The notes under the pieces were generated by a model. The model saw nothing but the letters and a program-made list of their open reading frames with translations, did not search any database and was not told the origin of the DNA. A stretch of 64,000 nucleotides of DNA, from NCBI RefSeq assembly GCF_057098645.1, contig NZ_CM169472.1, one strand, 5' to 3'. Shown piece by piece: positions 10,338 through 20,321 of this stretch. Each line of letters starts with the position of its first letter. Positions within the stretch are counted from its first letter, which is position 1. A program made the position numbers and the translations under genes.

Positions 10338-10910
10338 TTACACAGACTGACGTGATGCCAGTTGCGCACTTTTACGCGAAAAAATCATGTTCTGCGCAGG
10401 GGTGAATTTTTCACGGCTGTCATCCACCGAAGCCGCGTCAGGCCTGAATCCGATGGTCGTTAAAATGTCGCTATCCTGTGCGGAATAATTAATTTTTTCA
10501 CCCTTCGCAAGCCAGGACAGGAGGGCTTCACGCAGGGCATCTGTGGCACGCTGTATGGCACAGTTTCGGGCAATGGCCGTCAGCTCACTGTAGCCCATCA
10601 GCTCCGGTGCCAGTGCCGCCGCCAGTGCTGTGCCGTGCTGCTGCATAAAATCATTCAGCCGATCGCGGATGCTGATGTGCTGAACGGCTTCATGCGAACG
10701 AATATAACGACCGGCGGCCTGATTCACCTGCCATTTTCTGACTTCGATAATATTGCGTAATTCGTCCAGGCGACTGACGTTTCTGCCTTCTCCTGACAGA
10801 AGCCGCAGATATTCCTGTTCGGCCGCAGCCAGCTCATTTTTGCGTTGCAGCCATGCTGCTTTGTTATTCTGACAGGTGTCAAAGGCCTGCTGTAAGGCTG
10901 TGCTTTCCAT
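10338..10910 (-). CDS. psu: P4 Psu-like polarity suppression / capsid decoration protein
   Basis: 190-aa ORF MESTALQQAFDTCQNNKAAWLQRKNELAAAEQEYLRLL...; size and position (last gene of the sid-delta-psu operon, next to cos) match P4 Psu. Confidence 0.8.
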   Translation of the reverse strand: MESTALQQAFDTCQNNKAAWLQRKNELAAAEQEYLRLLSGEGRNVSRLDELRNIIEVRKWQVNQAAGRYIRSHEAVQHISIRDRLNDFMQQHGTALAAALAPELMGYSELTAIARNCAIQRATDALREALLSWLAKGEKINYSAQDSDILTTIGFRPDAASVDDSREKFTPAQNMIFSRKSAQLASRQSV

Positions 10911-10983
10911 CGTTATCTCTTTCTCATCATGCTGAAGAATAAAAATACGGTGTGCGGCGACGGCCGGGGTTAACCGGCAGCCC

Positions 10984-11484
10984 TCATTCCAGACGCAGCG
11001 AATATGATTGTGTTTTTAACCGTACTGGCGGCAGTTCCTGTTTTTCATGCAGGCTTTCTGCCAGTTCGTCCGGCGTGACCGGGCGGACAATGAAGCGGTT
11101 GATGGTCTGAAGCGTTTTAAACACCAGACCACAGCCCGGATCCGTGCACACATAAAAACGCTCGGTGACTTCCTGAGACAGACGCCGCGATGTTCTTGAC
11201 AGCGCAAGGCCTTTACATCTCCGACAACAATATCCGGTAACAAGCATTCTTTTCGGGCGCTTCATGCTACCGGAGGCTGACGTCAGTGAATCGCGGTATC
11301 TCTGTTTGCCTGAAATGTATTCCATTCCTGAATCTTTACAGTCAGAGAAAAAGCTTTCACTCGCTTCAAATGTCGCAGAGCAATAAATATTCCGGCACTG
11401 TGCAATCATTATCTTGGTGCCATCGTCCATGAAATGTGCGCGACGGGTGTGAGCAACATGTCCACACGACGGGCAGTAAATCAT
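10984..11484 (-). CDS. delta: P4 Delta-like zinc-finger late-gene transcriptional activator (Ogr/Delta family)
   Basis: 166-aa ORF MIYCPSCGHVAHTRRAHFMDDGTKIMIAQCRNIYCSATFEA... with two Ogr-type CxxC..C..C zinc-finger repeats; overlaps sid stop (ATGA). Confidence 0.85.
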   Translation of the reverse strand: MIYCPSCGHVAHTRRAHFMDDGTKIMIAQCRNIYCSATFEASESFFSDCKDSGMEYISGKQRYRDSLTSASGSMKRPKRMLVTGYCCRRCKGLALSRTSRRLSQEVTERFYVCTDPGCGLVFKTLQTINRFIVRPVTPDELAESLHEKQELPPVRLKTQSYSLRLE

Positions 11485-12215
11485 GACAGCAGTCCTCTGG
11501 CCTTAAGCACTGCTCCCTGCTGGTCTATTTTGTCCTGCCACACCTTGCGCTGTGCCGGTGTGCCTGCCACCTCATAATCCATGTGCGGGAGTGTTGCCGC
11601 TGACAGTCCGGTCAGCCGGAGAACCGGCTCGCCGGTGAGGCTGATTTGCATCTGTTTTATTTTCTGTTCCAGCGATGATTTCACCTGCTGCATGACAGCT
11701 TTATCGGGTGCGACGTAGCCCTGATGCCCGGTGGTGTTGGCGAGCGGATTTTCCTGTACCAGAATGCTCAGATGCATTGCCCGGACAAGCGCCTCACAGG
11801 TTTCATTCAGGGCGTGTTCCAGCTCATGCTCTGCATACAGACTCAGAAGGTGATGATGTGCCTTCCGGTAGGCGGTGGCCGTGCTGTCACACGCCCCTTT
11901 CAGGCGTTCACGTTCGAAATTCAGCACCACGGCCAGATTGTCATATTCCTGTACCAGCTCCCGGCGTGCCACGCGCTCAATGTGGCGCTGTTTCAGCTCG
12001 TCGCTCAGGACACCACCGGCTGCACGAAAGGCCGTGCGCCAGTCGTCAGCGTCGTTTCCGTCGGCCTGCGCCAGCGCATTTTTTTCCTGCTCTGCCCGTT
12101 CAATGGCCGTGACGGTCTCATCCATCAGTCGGGCGTTCTCAAGGTGGGCGGCTCTGGCCTTTTCCAGTTGTGCCAGTGCGGGTTGCAGATATTCAGGGAT
12201 GGTGTTGTCAGACAT
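11481..12215 (-). CDS. sid: P4 Sid-like capsid size determination protein
   Basis: MSDNTIPEYLQPALAQLEKARAAHLENARLMDE..., about 244 aa, coiled-coil-rich; first gene of the sid-delta-psu operon. Confidence 0.8.
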   Translation of the reverse strand: MSDNTIPEYLQPALAQLEKARAAHLENARLMDETVTAIERAEQEKNALAQADGNDADDWRTAFRAAGGVLSDELKQRHIERVARRELVQEYDNLAVVLNFERERLKGACDSTATAYRKAHHHLLSLYAEHELEHALNETCEALVRAMHLSILVQENPLANTTGHQGYVAPDKAVMQQVKSSLEQKIKQMQISLTGEPVLRLTGLSAATLPHMDYEVAGTPAQRKVWQDKIDQQGAVLKARGLLS

Positions 12216-12287
12216 TTTCCGGCTCCTCGTCACTTCAGGTTAAGAAAATTGTGACGTACACCGGACAACAACACGACGCATTGCAGA

Positions 12288-12305
12288 TGTGCCAGCCCTG
12301 ACACA
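12288..12305. promoter_or_regulatory. TGT-N12-ACA dyad; candidate Ogr/Delta activator site of the sid late promoter
   Basis: tgtgccagccctgacaca matches the P2/P4 late-promoter activator consensus TGT-N12-ACA; centre about 80 bp upstream of the sid start codon. Confidence 0.5.
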
Positions 12306-12384
12306 GGAGACTCATCCTCAGACCGGCAAGCCAGGAAAAGGTCGCAGGAAAAACCGGCTTACTGTTTGTTTTTTTATATTTTAC

Positions 12385-12478
12385 TGTTCACCTCTGTTCA
12401 CCATAAGAAAAAAGATAAGTAATACAGTAAGTTAAATGGTGAACAATCGCAGTAATGACTGTTCACCGTCTGTTCACC
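12385..12478. repeat. Cluster of TGTTCACC octamer iterons (P4 ori-like)
   Basis: Five copies of TGTTCACC or its complement within 95 bp (12385, 12395, 12438 reverse, 12460, 12471); P4 alpha protein binds this octamer at ori and crr. Confidence 0.6.
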
Positions 12479-12756
12479 CGTTGATGGACTTTTTGTGCTG
12501 TTTACTACTGTTTATTTTTATTAATTCACTGAAATAAATAAGAAAAAACAATTTGTATTTCACTATAATTTTTTCCAGCTCCTTCCAGAGCGTTTTAAAG
12601 CTATCTGGCGCTGATATACAAAAAATGCACAGCCATTGTAAGGCTGCCGGAACAAATCCCCCCTGTTGCGTCTGCCAAAAATATTCACAAAATAAAGCGC
12701 TACCCGAAGCCGGACGGACTTATCCGGTGCTGTATGGACATTAACGAGGTAGCCCG

Positions 12757-13023
12757 ATGCAAGCTGTTTTTTCTTCCCCGTCTCCCGCCCCTGTGACGCC
12801 ACTGATGCCGCTGCCGGACATCACGCAGGAGCGTTTTTTACGTCTGCCGGAAGTGATGCACCTGTGCGGCCTGTCACGCTCGACCATCTATGAACTCATC
12901 CGTAAGGGGGAATTTCCGCCGCAGGTGAGTCTTGGCGGTAAAAATGTGGCCTGGCTGCACTCTGAAGTCACCGCATGGATGGCCGGACGCATTGCCGGAC
13001 GCAAACGGGGGTACGACGCATGA
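12757..13023 (+). CDS. AlpA/Vis-like small DNA-binding regulator
   Basis: 88-aa ORF containing [27 protein letters not shown], an AlpA/Vis-type HTH. Confidence 0.6.
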   Translation: MQAVFSSPSPAPVTPLMPLPDITQERFLRLPEVMHLCGLSRSTIYELIRKGEFPPQVSLGGKNVAWLHSEVTAWMAGRIAGRKRGYDA

Positions 13024-13610
13024 TAGTGCCCGCTCTGCAAAAACTCCCTTTTTCTGGCTTGCCTTTTTCCGGCATTTGCGGATATAGTTTTTCCGCTGCC
13101 GCAAAATCGGCAGCCGGGCGTGAGAACCCGTGTAGCTCGAAGGCGACATATGACGCGCCATGCGTCTTTTTTTGTGTCGCAATCAACGCCACAGAGCGCC
13201 AGATTATGGTGTGGCGTGTGGTTTGCCGTGCAGGTATGATCCTGTTCGCAATCGCATGTTATGCCACTGAGTCAATGGTAGCTCAGGCGGGGCAGCCTCC
13301 GGGCTGGCCGGTATTCTTCGAGGCCGGTATTCTCACCCCCGTCTGGGCTATCGCCATCGAGCGTGAGAACTCCGGCGATAGCAGTTATTTGCTACTCGAA
13401 GGAGGCTGCCTTATGGCTACAACCCTTACCCCCTCACACCCTGAATTTGTCTTTGTGTTTGCGGCTGTCCGTCGCGCAGACCGTCATCCCCGTATCTGCA
13501 TGCTTCGCACCGTCGCCGGTGATGAACGCAGCGCCCGCCGTTCCCTTGTCCGTGACTATGTGCTCTCCCTTGCTGCCCGTCTGCCGGTGGTGGAGGTGTC
13601 CCGTGCGTAA
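13020..13610 (+). CDS. Hypothetical protein of the P4-like element
   Basis: 196-codon ORF whose ATG overlaps the vis-like stop (ATGA coupling); no recognisable motif. Confidence 0.35.
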   Translation: MIVPALQKLPFSGLPFSGICGYSFSAAAKSAAGRENPCSSKATYDAPCVFFCVAINATERQIMVWRVVCRAGMILFAIACYATESMVAQAGQPPGWPVFFEAGILTPVWAIAIERENSGDSSYLLLEGGCLMATTLTPSHPEFVFVFAAVRRADRHPRICMLRTVAGDERSARRSLVRDYVLSLAARLPVVEVSRA

Positions 13611-13915
13611 TAAAAGCCCCTCAGACCGTCTCAGCGCGTCATGACGCCCGTGAACACCTCAGCATTGAGGCTTACCATAAGCTCAACCGCGCCAGCGCCG
13701 TATCCCGGTTTGTTGCAAAATGGCATCTGAATCGATCGCAGTTTGGCATTCGAATCGATCATGATTTGGCATCCATCTCCGATCACAGTTTGGCATCACA
13801 ATCGATCACGATTTGGCATGCTTCCGATCATTGATTGGCATCCTGCCAGTCACTCCGGGAATTAACTCTTTTCACCACAGTCTCCATTGCCGTGTTTAAA
13901 CCAGTGGAGACGTCA

Positions 13916-15481
13916 ATGTCCAGAAAGAGAAAATCCAGGAGCACTATGGAAACCTGTTTTAAGATCCTTCAGCTCAAGTTCGACAAGAAGCTGACTAACC
14001 GTTGTATCGGACTGACGTTACACATCAGCGCCTCAACCGTTTTTGAGGTTCTTGCCCGCTTCAAAGCCTCTTCTCTGTCATGGCCATTACCTGCTGATAT
14101 ATCCCATGACACGCTGGAGAAACTCATTTTTCCGCCCAAAGACACCTTTGCATCAGAGCTTGTAATGCCTGACATGTTGTACTTCGATACGGAAATGAGA
14201 AAACCAGGTGTGACGCGGCAACTGTTGTGGATGGAATACAAGGCACAGGCGGGTAACAAAGCGATGGGATACTCGCACTTCTGCCGTTGCTACCGGGAGT
14301 GGAAAAAAACGCGACGTCTCTCCATGCGCCAGGAGCATCGTGCCGGCGAAAAGCTTTTTATCGACTTCTGTGGTCCTACGGTTCCTGTTATTAATCCGGA
14401 CACCGGTGAGATACGCCGCGTGGCAATCTTCGTGGCCGTAATGGGGGCGTCCAACTATACCTACGTTGAAGCGTGCGAAGGTCAGGACATGATGTCATGG
14501 TTAAATGCCCACAGCCGTTGCCTGACCTTCCTGGGCGGCGTACCGAAGCTGCTCATCCCCGATAACCTCAGAAGCGCAGTGAAAAAGGCCGATCGATATG
14601 AGCCTGTCATCAACGACAGTTATCAGGCACTGGCTGAGCACTATGGCACGGTTATCATCCCGGCCCGACCACGCAAACCTAAAGATAAACCAAAAGCAGA
14701 AAACGGCGTCCTCATCGTTGAACGATGGCTTCTTGCCCGCATCCGTAATGAAACCTTCCACACGCTCAGGGCGCTGAATGCGCGCCTTAGGGAGTTACTG
14801 ACAGACATGAATAACCGGCCAATGAAGGGGTACGGCAATCAAACCCGTGCAGAACGCTTCCGCATACTGGATGCGCCAGCACTCTCTCCGCTGCCTCTGG
14901 CACCTTATGAATACACGGAATACAAAGCTGTGAAGGTTGGCCCTGACTACCACGTTGAATATGCCCGTCACTGGTACTCCGTTCCACACGAACTGGTCGG
15001 TCAGCGTCTGTCACTGAAGGCGGGGCAGTCGGTGGTACAGCTCTGGCACAAGGGGCAGTGTGTGGCGCAACATCCGCGCAGCACACATGAATATAAACAC
15101 ACAACCAATCCGCTTCACATGCCAGAGCGCCACCGGCAGCACGGGACATGGACACCGGAACGCCTGATCGAGCAGGGAAAACGTACGGGCCCGTCCACAG
15201 GCCGGGTGGTTGAATCCATGCTGAAGGCAAAACCCCATCCGGAACTGGCTTATCGTGCAGTTCTGGGGCTGCTGGCACTTCAGAAAAAATACGGCCCGGA
15301 ACGGCTGGAAAAGGCCTGTTACGTTGCCCTGCACTATAACGCCCCTGACAGACGCTTTATCGACAATCTGCTGCGTCACCATCGGGAGAACCTGGAGCTT
15401 CCATTATCCCGCCAGGGCGAACAACATCCGGCATATGCTTCAGAGCATGAAAACCTGCGTGGTCCGGGCTACTACCACTGA
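13916..15481 (+). CDS. istA: IS21-family transposase IstA
   Basis: MSRKRKSRSTMETCFKILQLKFDKKLTNRCIGLTLHISASTVFEVL... N-terminal HTH followed by a DDE integrase-like core; GGAG RBS. The ORF track extends to 13835, but the internal ATG is the better start. Confidence 0.8.
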   Translation: MSRKRKSRSTMETCFKILQLKFDKKLTNRCIGLTLHISASTVFEVLARFKASSLSWPLPADISHDTLEKLIFPPKDTFASELVMPDMLYFDTEMRKPGVTRQLLWMEYKAQAGNKAMGYSHFCRCYREWKKTRRLSMRQEHRAGEKLFIDFCGPTVPVINPDTGEIRRVAIFVAVMGASNYTYVEACEGQDMMSWLNAHSRCLTFLGGVPKLLIPDNLRSAVKKADRYEPVINDSYQALAEHYGTVIIPARPRKPKDKPKAENGVLIVERWLLARIRNETFHTLRALNARLRELLTDMNNRPMKGYGNQTRAERFRILDAPALSPLPLAPYEYTEYKAVKVGPDYHVEYARHWYSVPHELVGQRLSLKAGQSVVQLWHKGQCVAQHPRSTHEYKHTTNPLHMPERHRQHGTWTPERLIEQGKRTGPSTGRVVESMLKAKPHPELAYRAVLGLLALQKKYGPERLEKACYVALHYNAPDRRFIDNLLRHHRENLELPLSRQGEQHPAYASEHENLRGPGYYH

Positions 15482-15497
15482 CAGAAGGAACAACAGT

Positions 15498-16253
15498 ATG
15501 AGTGATAACCTGTTAAACAAACTGACCCAACTGAAACTCCCGGCGATGGCCGGGAGCCTGATACGGCAGCGGGAAACGCCTCAGACCTACGACGAACTGT
15601 CGTTCGAGGAAAGGCTGACGCTGCTGGTTGATGACGAGCTTCTGAGCAGGGAAAACAGCCGTGTGGCACGGTTGAGAAAAAATGCCGGCCTGAAATACCA
15701 GGCAACACCGGAAGGGCTGCGCTATCCGGCCTCAAGAGGTCTGCGGGCTGAACAGATGAGAGAACTGCTGAACGGCCACTACATAACCCACAGGAAAAAC
15801 CTGCTGATAACCGGTCCGACAGGATGTGGCAAGAGCTGGATAGCCAATGCGCTGGGCGAACAGGCATGTCGACAGAAACACAGCGTCCGGTACTGTAGAA
15901 CCGGGCGATTACTGGAACAACTGGCTCAGGGACGTGTTGATGGCAGCTGGCTGAAATATCTGAAACAGTTGCAAAAAATACAGGTTCTAATCCTGGACGA
16001 TCTGGGGCTGGAACAGTTAAGTAACGCCCAGTGTAATGACCTTCTGGAGCTCATAGAGGATCGTTACGGACAAAGCAGCACGATAGTGGTAAGCCAGTTC
16101 CCGGTAGATAAATGGCATGGTCTGATGGAGAACCCAACAACAGCAGATGCCATCCTGGACAGACTGGTACATAACTCACACCGAGTGGTCCTTCAGGGAG
16201 AGTCACTGAGGAAAAATCCCCCGGTAGTGGAAAGCAGCGAAAAAACGCGTTAA
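15498..16253 (+). CDS. istB: IS21-family helper ATPase IstB
   Basis: MSDNLLNKLTQLKLPAMAGSLIRQRE...; Walker A GPTGCGKS and Walker B ILDDLG. Confidence 0.85.
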   Translation: MSDNLLNKLTQLKLPAMAGSLIRQRETPQTYDELSFEERLTLLVDDELLSRENSRVARLRKNAGLKYQATPEGLRYPASRGLRAEQMRELLNGHYITHRKNLLITGPTGCGKSWIANALGEQACRQKHSVRYCRTGRLLEQLAQGRVDGSWLKYLKQLQKIQVLILDDLGLEQLSNAQCNDLLELIEDRYGQSSTIVVSQFPVDKWHGLMENPTTADAILDRLVHNSHRVVLQGESLRKNPPVVESSEKTR

Positions 16254-16525
16254 AAAGCGGTAGAAAAAGTTAAGTTCCCGGTTGATCGAATGGATGCGAA
16301 TCGCTGATCGGACTTCGATGCCAATCCGTGATCGAATAGAGCGGAATACGCAGTTTGTTGGGGGTGATTTGATTCACCGTGAACTCTCCGGCCTGCATCA
16401 GCTCTACATTCCGCATATTTTCAGTTACCTGAATGAAGATATTGATTTTGTGCTGAATGAACTGAAAGCCAAAGGCCTGTGCCGCGATTTTCTCGCCCAG
16501 CAGAAAGACCGGGGAGACAGGACGC

Positions 16526-16981
16526 ATGTTTGATTTTCCCCAGCCCGGTGAGATTTACCGTTCTGCCGGTTTTCCCGATGTGGCCGTGGTCGGCATTCTG
16601 GAAGACGGTATTCCGTGGGAAATGCCGTACCGCTGCCCGGACATTGTCTGGAACCCGTACCGCCGTAAATTCAGTATCCTTGTGCGTATCCTCGCTGACG
16701 GGCGCACCACAGACATCCCGCTGGGGCGTTTTCTGCGGGAATTTACCTGTGACCGTCCTGACCTGTTTAAACGCAGCCCCGTAAACCGGCATGCGGTACT
16801 GAAAGAAATGGCCGGAGACCCGGAATTACAGAAATGGCGGGAGAAATATCTGGATATTTACCCGCAGGACCCTGTTCCGGTCAGCCGGGCGGCACCGGTG
16901 GCGCGGGAATGGCGGGAAATTCCCCGCACGGAGCCTGACCCGGAAATCACCCCGGATAACAGTTACCGCAATTATCTGTAA
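16526..16981 (+). CDS. Conserved hypothetical protein of P4-like elements (151 aa), upstream of alpha
   Basis: ORF MFDFPQPGEIYRSAGFPDVAVVGILEDGIPWEMPYRCPDIVWNPYRR...; ATG overlaps the stop of a short upstream frame (ATGTTTGA). Confidence 0.5.
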   Translation: MFDFPQPGEIYRSAGFPDVAVVGILEDGIPWEMPYRCPDIVWNPYRRKFSILVRILADGRTTDIPLGRFLREFTCDRPDLFKRSPVNRHAVLKEMAGDPELQKWREKYLDIYPQDPVPVSRAAPVAREWREIPRTEPDPEITPDNSYRNYL

Positions 16982-17116
16982 TTAAAAAACGACACCCGAA
17001 AAATTAAATGTGCGTATTCGCGCAGGGATACGCACGTCTTCAGGAGACGCAGATATGCCTTATCAGTTAATGCAACCGGCACGGAATGCAGTCATCTGTC
17101 ACAGGGAGGAAAACAA

Positions 17117-17437
17117 ATGAAAACACCCTTACCGCCCGTCTTACGCGCTGCCCTTTACCGTCGCGCTGTCGCCTGTGCCTGGCTGACCGTGTGCGAACGT
17201 CAGCACCGCTACCCGCATCTCACCCTTGAGTCACTGGAAGCGGCCATCGCCGCTGAGCTGGAAGGCTTTTATCTGCGCCAGCACGGTGAGGAAAAAGGGC
17301 GTCAGATAGCCTGTGCCCTGCTGGAAGATTTAATGGAATCCGGCCCCCTGAAGGCCGCGCCGTCGCTGTCCTTTCTCGGGCTGGTTGTGATGGATGAACT
17401 CTGTGCCCGTCACATAAAAGCGCCGGTACTGCACTGA
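17117..17437 (+). CDS. Small hypothetical protein of the P4-like element (106 aa)
   Basis: ORF between the 151-aa ORF and alpha; GGAGG RBS. Confidence 0.45.
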
Positions 17438-17451
17438 AGGAGAACAACACC

Positions 17452-19785
17452 ATGAAAATGAACGTAACCGCCACCGTCAGCCATGCGCTCGGCCACTGGC
17501 CGCGTATTCTCCCGGCGCTGGGGATTCAGGTGCTGAAAAACCGTCATCAGCCCTGTCCGGTCTGTGGCGGGAGTGACCGCTTCCGTTTTGATGACAGGGA
17601 GGGGCGCGGCACCTGGTACTGCAATCAGTGTGGTGCCGGTGACGGCCTGAAACTGGTTGAAAAGGTGTTTGGTGTCTCCCCGTCCGACGCGGCCGCAAAG
17701 GTGGCTGCCGTGACCGGCAGCCTGCCCCCGGCTGACCCGGCAGTGACGGCTGCCGCCGGTGCTGAAACAGACGCTGCCCGGAAGAACGCCGCCGCACTGG
17801 CACAAACCCTGATGGCGAAAACCCGTCCCGGAACCGGTAACGCCTACCTGACCCGCAAGGGCTTTCCCGGCCGGGAATGCCGGATGCTGACCGGCACACA
17901 CAGATCCGGTGGCGTGAGCTGGCGTGCCGGTGACCTTGTGGTGCCACTGTATGACGACAGCGGCGAACTGGTTAACCTTCAGTTAATCAGTGCTGACGGC
18001 CGTAAGCGCACCCTGAAAGGCGGACAGGTCAGGGGCACCTGTCACACCCTTGAAGGACAGAATCAGGCCGGAAAACGTCTGTGGATAGCGGAGGGATACG
18101 CGACCGCACTTACCGTACATCACCTGACCGGTGAAACGGTGATGGTGGCGCTTTCTTCCGTGAACCTCCTTTCTCTGGCCAGCCTTGCCCGGCAGAAGCA
18201 TCCGGCCTGTCAGATTGTCCTTGCCGCAGACCGTGACCTCAGCGGTGACGGCCAGAAAAAAGCCGCCGCAGCCGCAGATGCGTGTGAGGGCGTTGTTGCC
18301 CTGCCGCCGGTCTTCGGTGACTGGAATGATGCCTTCACGCAGTACGGCGGGGAGGCCACCCGTAAGGCCATTTACGATGCCATCCGGCCACCGGCTGAAA
18401 GCCCGTTCGACACCATGAGCGAAGCAGAGTTTTCCGCCATGAGTACCAGCGAAAAGGCCATGCGTATCTATGAGCATTACGGCGAGGCGCTCGCGGTTGA
18501 TGCCAACGGCCAGCTTCTGTCCCGTTATGAAAATGGTGTCTGGAAGGTGCTGCCGCCACAGGACTTTGCCCGGGATGTGGCCGGGCTGTTTCAGCGTCTG
18601 CGCGCGCCGTTCTCCTCCGGGAAGGTGGCCTCCGTGGTGGACACCCTGAAGCTGATTATTCCGCAGCAGGAAGCCCCCTCCCGCCGCCTGATTGGCTTTC
18701 GTAACGGCGTGCTCGACACGCAGAACGGCACGTTCCACCCGCACAGTCCGTCACACTGGATGCGCACCCTGTGCGATGTGGATTTCACCCCGCCGGTGGA
18801 CGGTGAAACGCTGGAGACCCACGCCCCCGCGTTCTGGCGCTGGCTTGACCGTGCCGCCGGTGGCCGTGCGGAAAAACGCGACGTGATTCTGGCCGCACTG
18901 TTTATGGTGCTGGCAAACCGCTATGACTGGCAGCTCTTTCTGGAGGTGACCGGTCCCGGCGGCAGCGGCAAAAGTATCATGGCCGAAATAGCCACCCTGC
19001 TGGCCGGTGAGGATAACGCCACGTCGGCCACTATTGAGACGCTGGAATCCCCGCGTGAACGTGCCGCGTTAACTGGCTTCTCACTGATACGCCTGCCGGA
19101 CCAGGAAAAATGGAGCGGCGACGGTGCCGGACTCAAGGCCATCACCGGCGGCGATGCGGTGTCCGTGGACCCGAAATACCGGGATGCGTACTCCACGCAT
19201 ATCCCGGCGGTGATTCTGGCCGTGAACAATAACCCGATGCGCTTCACCGACCGCAGCGGCGGCGTGTCACGCCGGCGGGTGATTATTCACTTCCCGGAAC
19301 AGATAGCCCCGCAGGAGCGCGACCCGCAACTTAAGGACAAAATCACCCGCGAGCTGGCGGTCATCGTGCGTCACCTGATGCAGAAGTTCAGCGACCCGAT
19401 GCTCGCCCGGTCACTGCTTCAGTCCCAGCAGAACTCAGACGAGGCACTGAACATCAAACGGGATGCCGACCCGACGTTTGATTTTATCGGCTATCTGGAA
19501 ACCCTGCCGCAGACCAGCGGCATGTATATGGGGAACGCCAGTATCATCCCGCGTAATTACCGTAAATACCTCTATCACGCCTATCTGGCCTACATGGAGG
19601 CAAACGGCTACCGGAATGTACTCAGTCTGAAAATGTTCGGGCTGGGGCTGCCGGTGATGCTGAAGGAATACGGGCTGAATTACGAGAAGCGCCATACCAA
19701 ACAGGGGATACAGACCAACCTGACGCTGAAAGAGGAAAGCTACGGCGACTGGCTGCCAAAATGTGACGACCCTGCAACAACCTGA
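17452..19785 (+). CDS. alpha: P4 alpha-like primase-helicase
   Basis: 777-aa ORF; N-terminal zinc-binding primase region (CPVCGGSDRFRFDD..WYCNQCG), central P-loop GPGGSGKS; same length as P4 alpha. Confidence 0.85.
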   Translation: MKMNVTATVSHALGHWPRILPALGIQVLKNRHQPCPVCGGSDRFRFDDREGRGTWYCNQCGAGDGLKLVEKVFGVSPSDAAAKVAAVTGSLPPADPAVTAAAGAETDAARKNAAALAQTLMAKTRPGTGNAYLTRKGFPGRECRMLTGTHRSGGVSWRAGDLVVPLYDDSGELVNLQLISADGRKRTLKGGQVRGTCHTLEGQNQAGKRLWIAEGYATALTVHHLTGETVMVALSSVNLLSLASLARQKHPACQIVLAADRDLSGDGQKKAAAAADACEGVVALPPVFGDWNDAFTQYGGEATRKAIYDAIRPPAESPFDTMSEAEFSAMSTSEKAMRIYEHYGEALAVDANGQLLSRYENGVWKVLPPQDFARDVAGLFQRLRAPFSSGKVASVVDTLKLIIPQQEAPSRRLIGFRNGVLDTQNGTFHPHSPSHWMRTLCDVDFTPPVDGETLETHAPAFWRWLDRAAGGRAEKRDVILAALFMVLANRYDWQLFLEVTGPGGSGKSIMAEIATLLAGEDNATSATIETLESPRERAALTGFSLIRLPDQEKWSGDGAGLKAITGGDAVSVDPKYRDAYSTHIPAVILAVNNNPMRFTDRSGGVSRRRVIIHFPEQIAPQERDPQLKDKITRELAVIVRHLMQKFSDPMLARSLLQSQQNSDEALNIKRDADPTFDFIGYLETLPQTSGMYMGNASIIPRNYRKYLYHAYLAYMEANGYRNVLSLKMFGLGLPVMLKEYGLNYEKRHTKQGIQTNLTLKEESYGDWLPKCDDPATT

Positions 19786-19792
19786 CCCACCT

Positions 19793-19817
19793 GACCGGCA
19801 TCTGCCGGTCTTTTTTT
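19793..19817 (+). terminator. Intrinsic terminator downstream of alpha
   Basis: gaccggc-atct-gccggtc hairpin followed by TTTTTTT. Confidence 0.7.
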
Positions 19818-19830
19818 ATCCCGACATCCC

Positions 19831-20125
19831 CCGAAGGTGAACAATCCACTGTTCACCCTTCACCGTATATTCACCCGTTATCACACTGAAATTAAAAGAG
19901 AAAAACGAAAGGTGAACAGTGTGAACAATCAAATCAAAAAAAACTTTTTTCTCCCTGCGTGATTTTCAGTGCAGGGGACTAATCGCCGGTATGAGTCACA
20001 CCGGCAGAATACCGGAGGTGAAGAATCGAATGTTCACCCTTCACCCATTATTCACCACCTATCATACTGAAATAAAAGGAGAAAAAAGAAAGGTGAACAG
20101 TGTGAACAGTTCTTTCGAAAAAAAA
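19831..20125. repeat. crr-like region: two direct repeats of about 110 bp, each with TGTTCACC/GGTGAACA octamers
   Basis: Near-identical units at about 19831-19945 and 20015-20125 (..ggtgaa..aatgttcacccttcacc..tcatactgaaataaaaggagaaaaa..aaaggtgaacagtgtgaaca..). Confidence 0.6.
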
Positions 20126-20321
20126 TTTTTTATGTGGATAAAAGATGCACTGGTTTGGATCCGAGCTACGGATCCAAACTTACTGATTAAAAATGATTTA
20201 ACTTTCCGATTTATTGATGGGCTGAAAATAGATTGGTCAGAAAAACAGTGGGGGCACAAAAGGGGGCATATTTCATTGTTGTGTTTTATTATTTGTTTTT
20301 TATCATTAACTTATTTTGATG

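Larger units (their letters stand above)
13716..16352 (+). mobile_element. IS21-family insertion sequence (istA-istB) with 8-bp target-site duplication GTTTGTTG
   Basis: istA/istB gene pair; multiple tttggcat..cgatc terminal repeats at both ends in inverted orientation; identical GTTTGTTG at 13708-13715 and 16353-16360. Confidence 0.75.

Noticed and set aside
13717-13835. Short tandem tttggcat..cgatc repeats that could be taken for a CRISPR-like array
   Set aside because: They are the multiple terminal repeats typical of IS21-family ends, mirrored at the right end (16270-16340); there are no spacers of uniform length and no cas genes.
16282-16533. 83-aa ORF beginning inside the IS21-family right end
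   Set aside because: Its ATG lies within the IS terminal repeats. Only the part downstream of the insertion point is likely native; it is noted under the IS finding instead.
17983-18744. 253-aa minus-strand ORF (and several shorter ones) inside the alpha gene
   Set aside because: They are antisense shadow frames within a GC-rich, well-supported primase-helicase gene.
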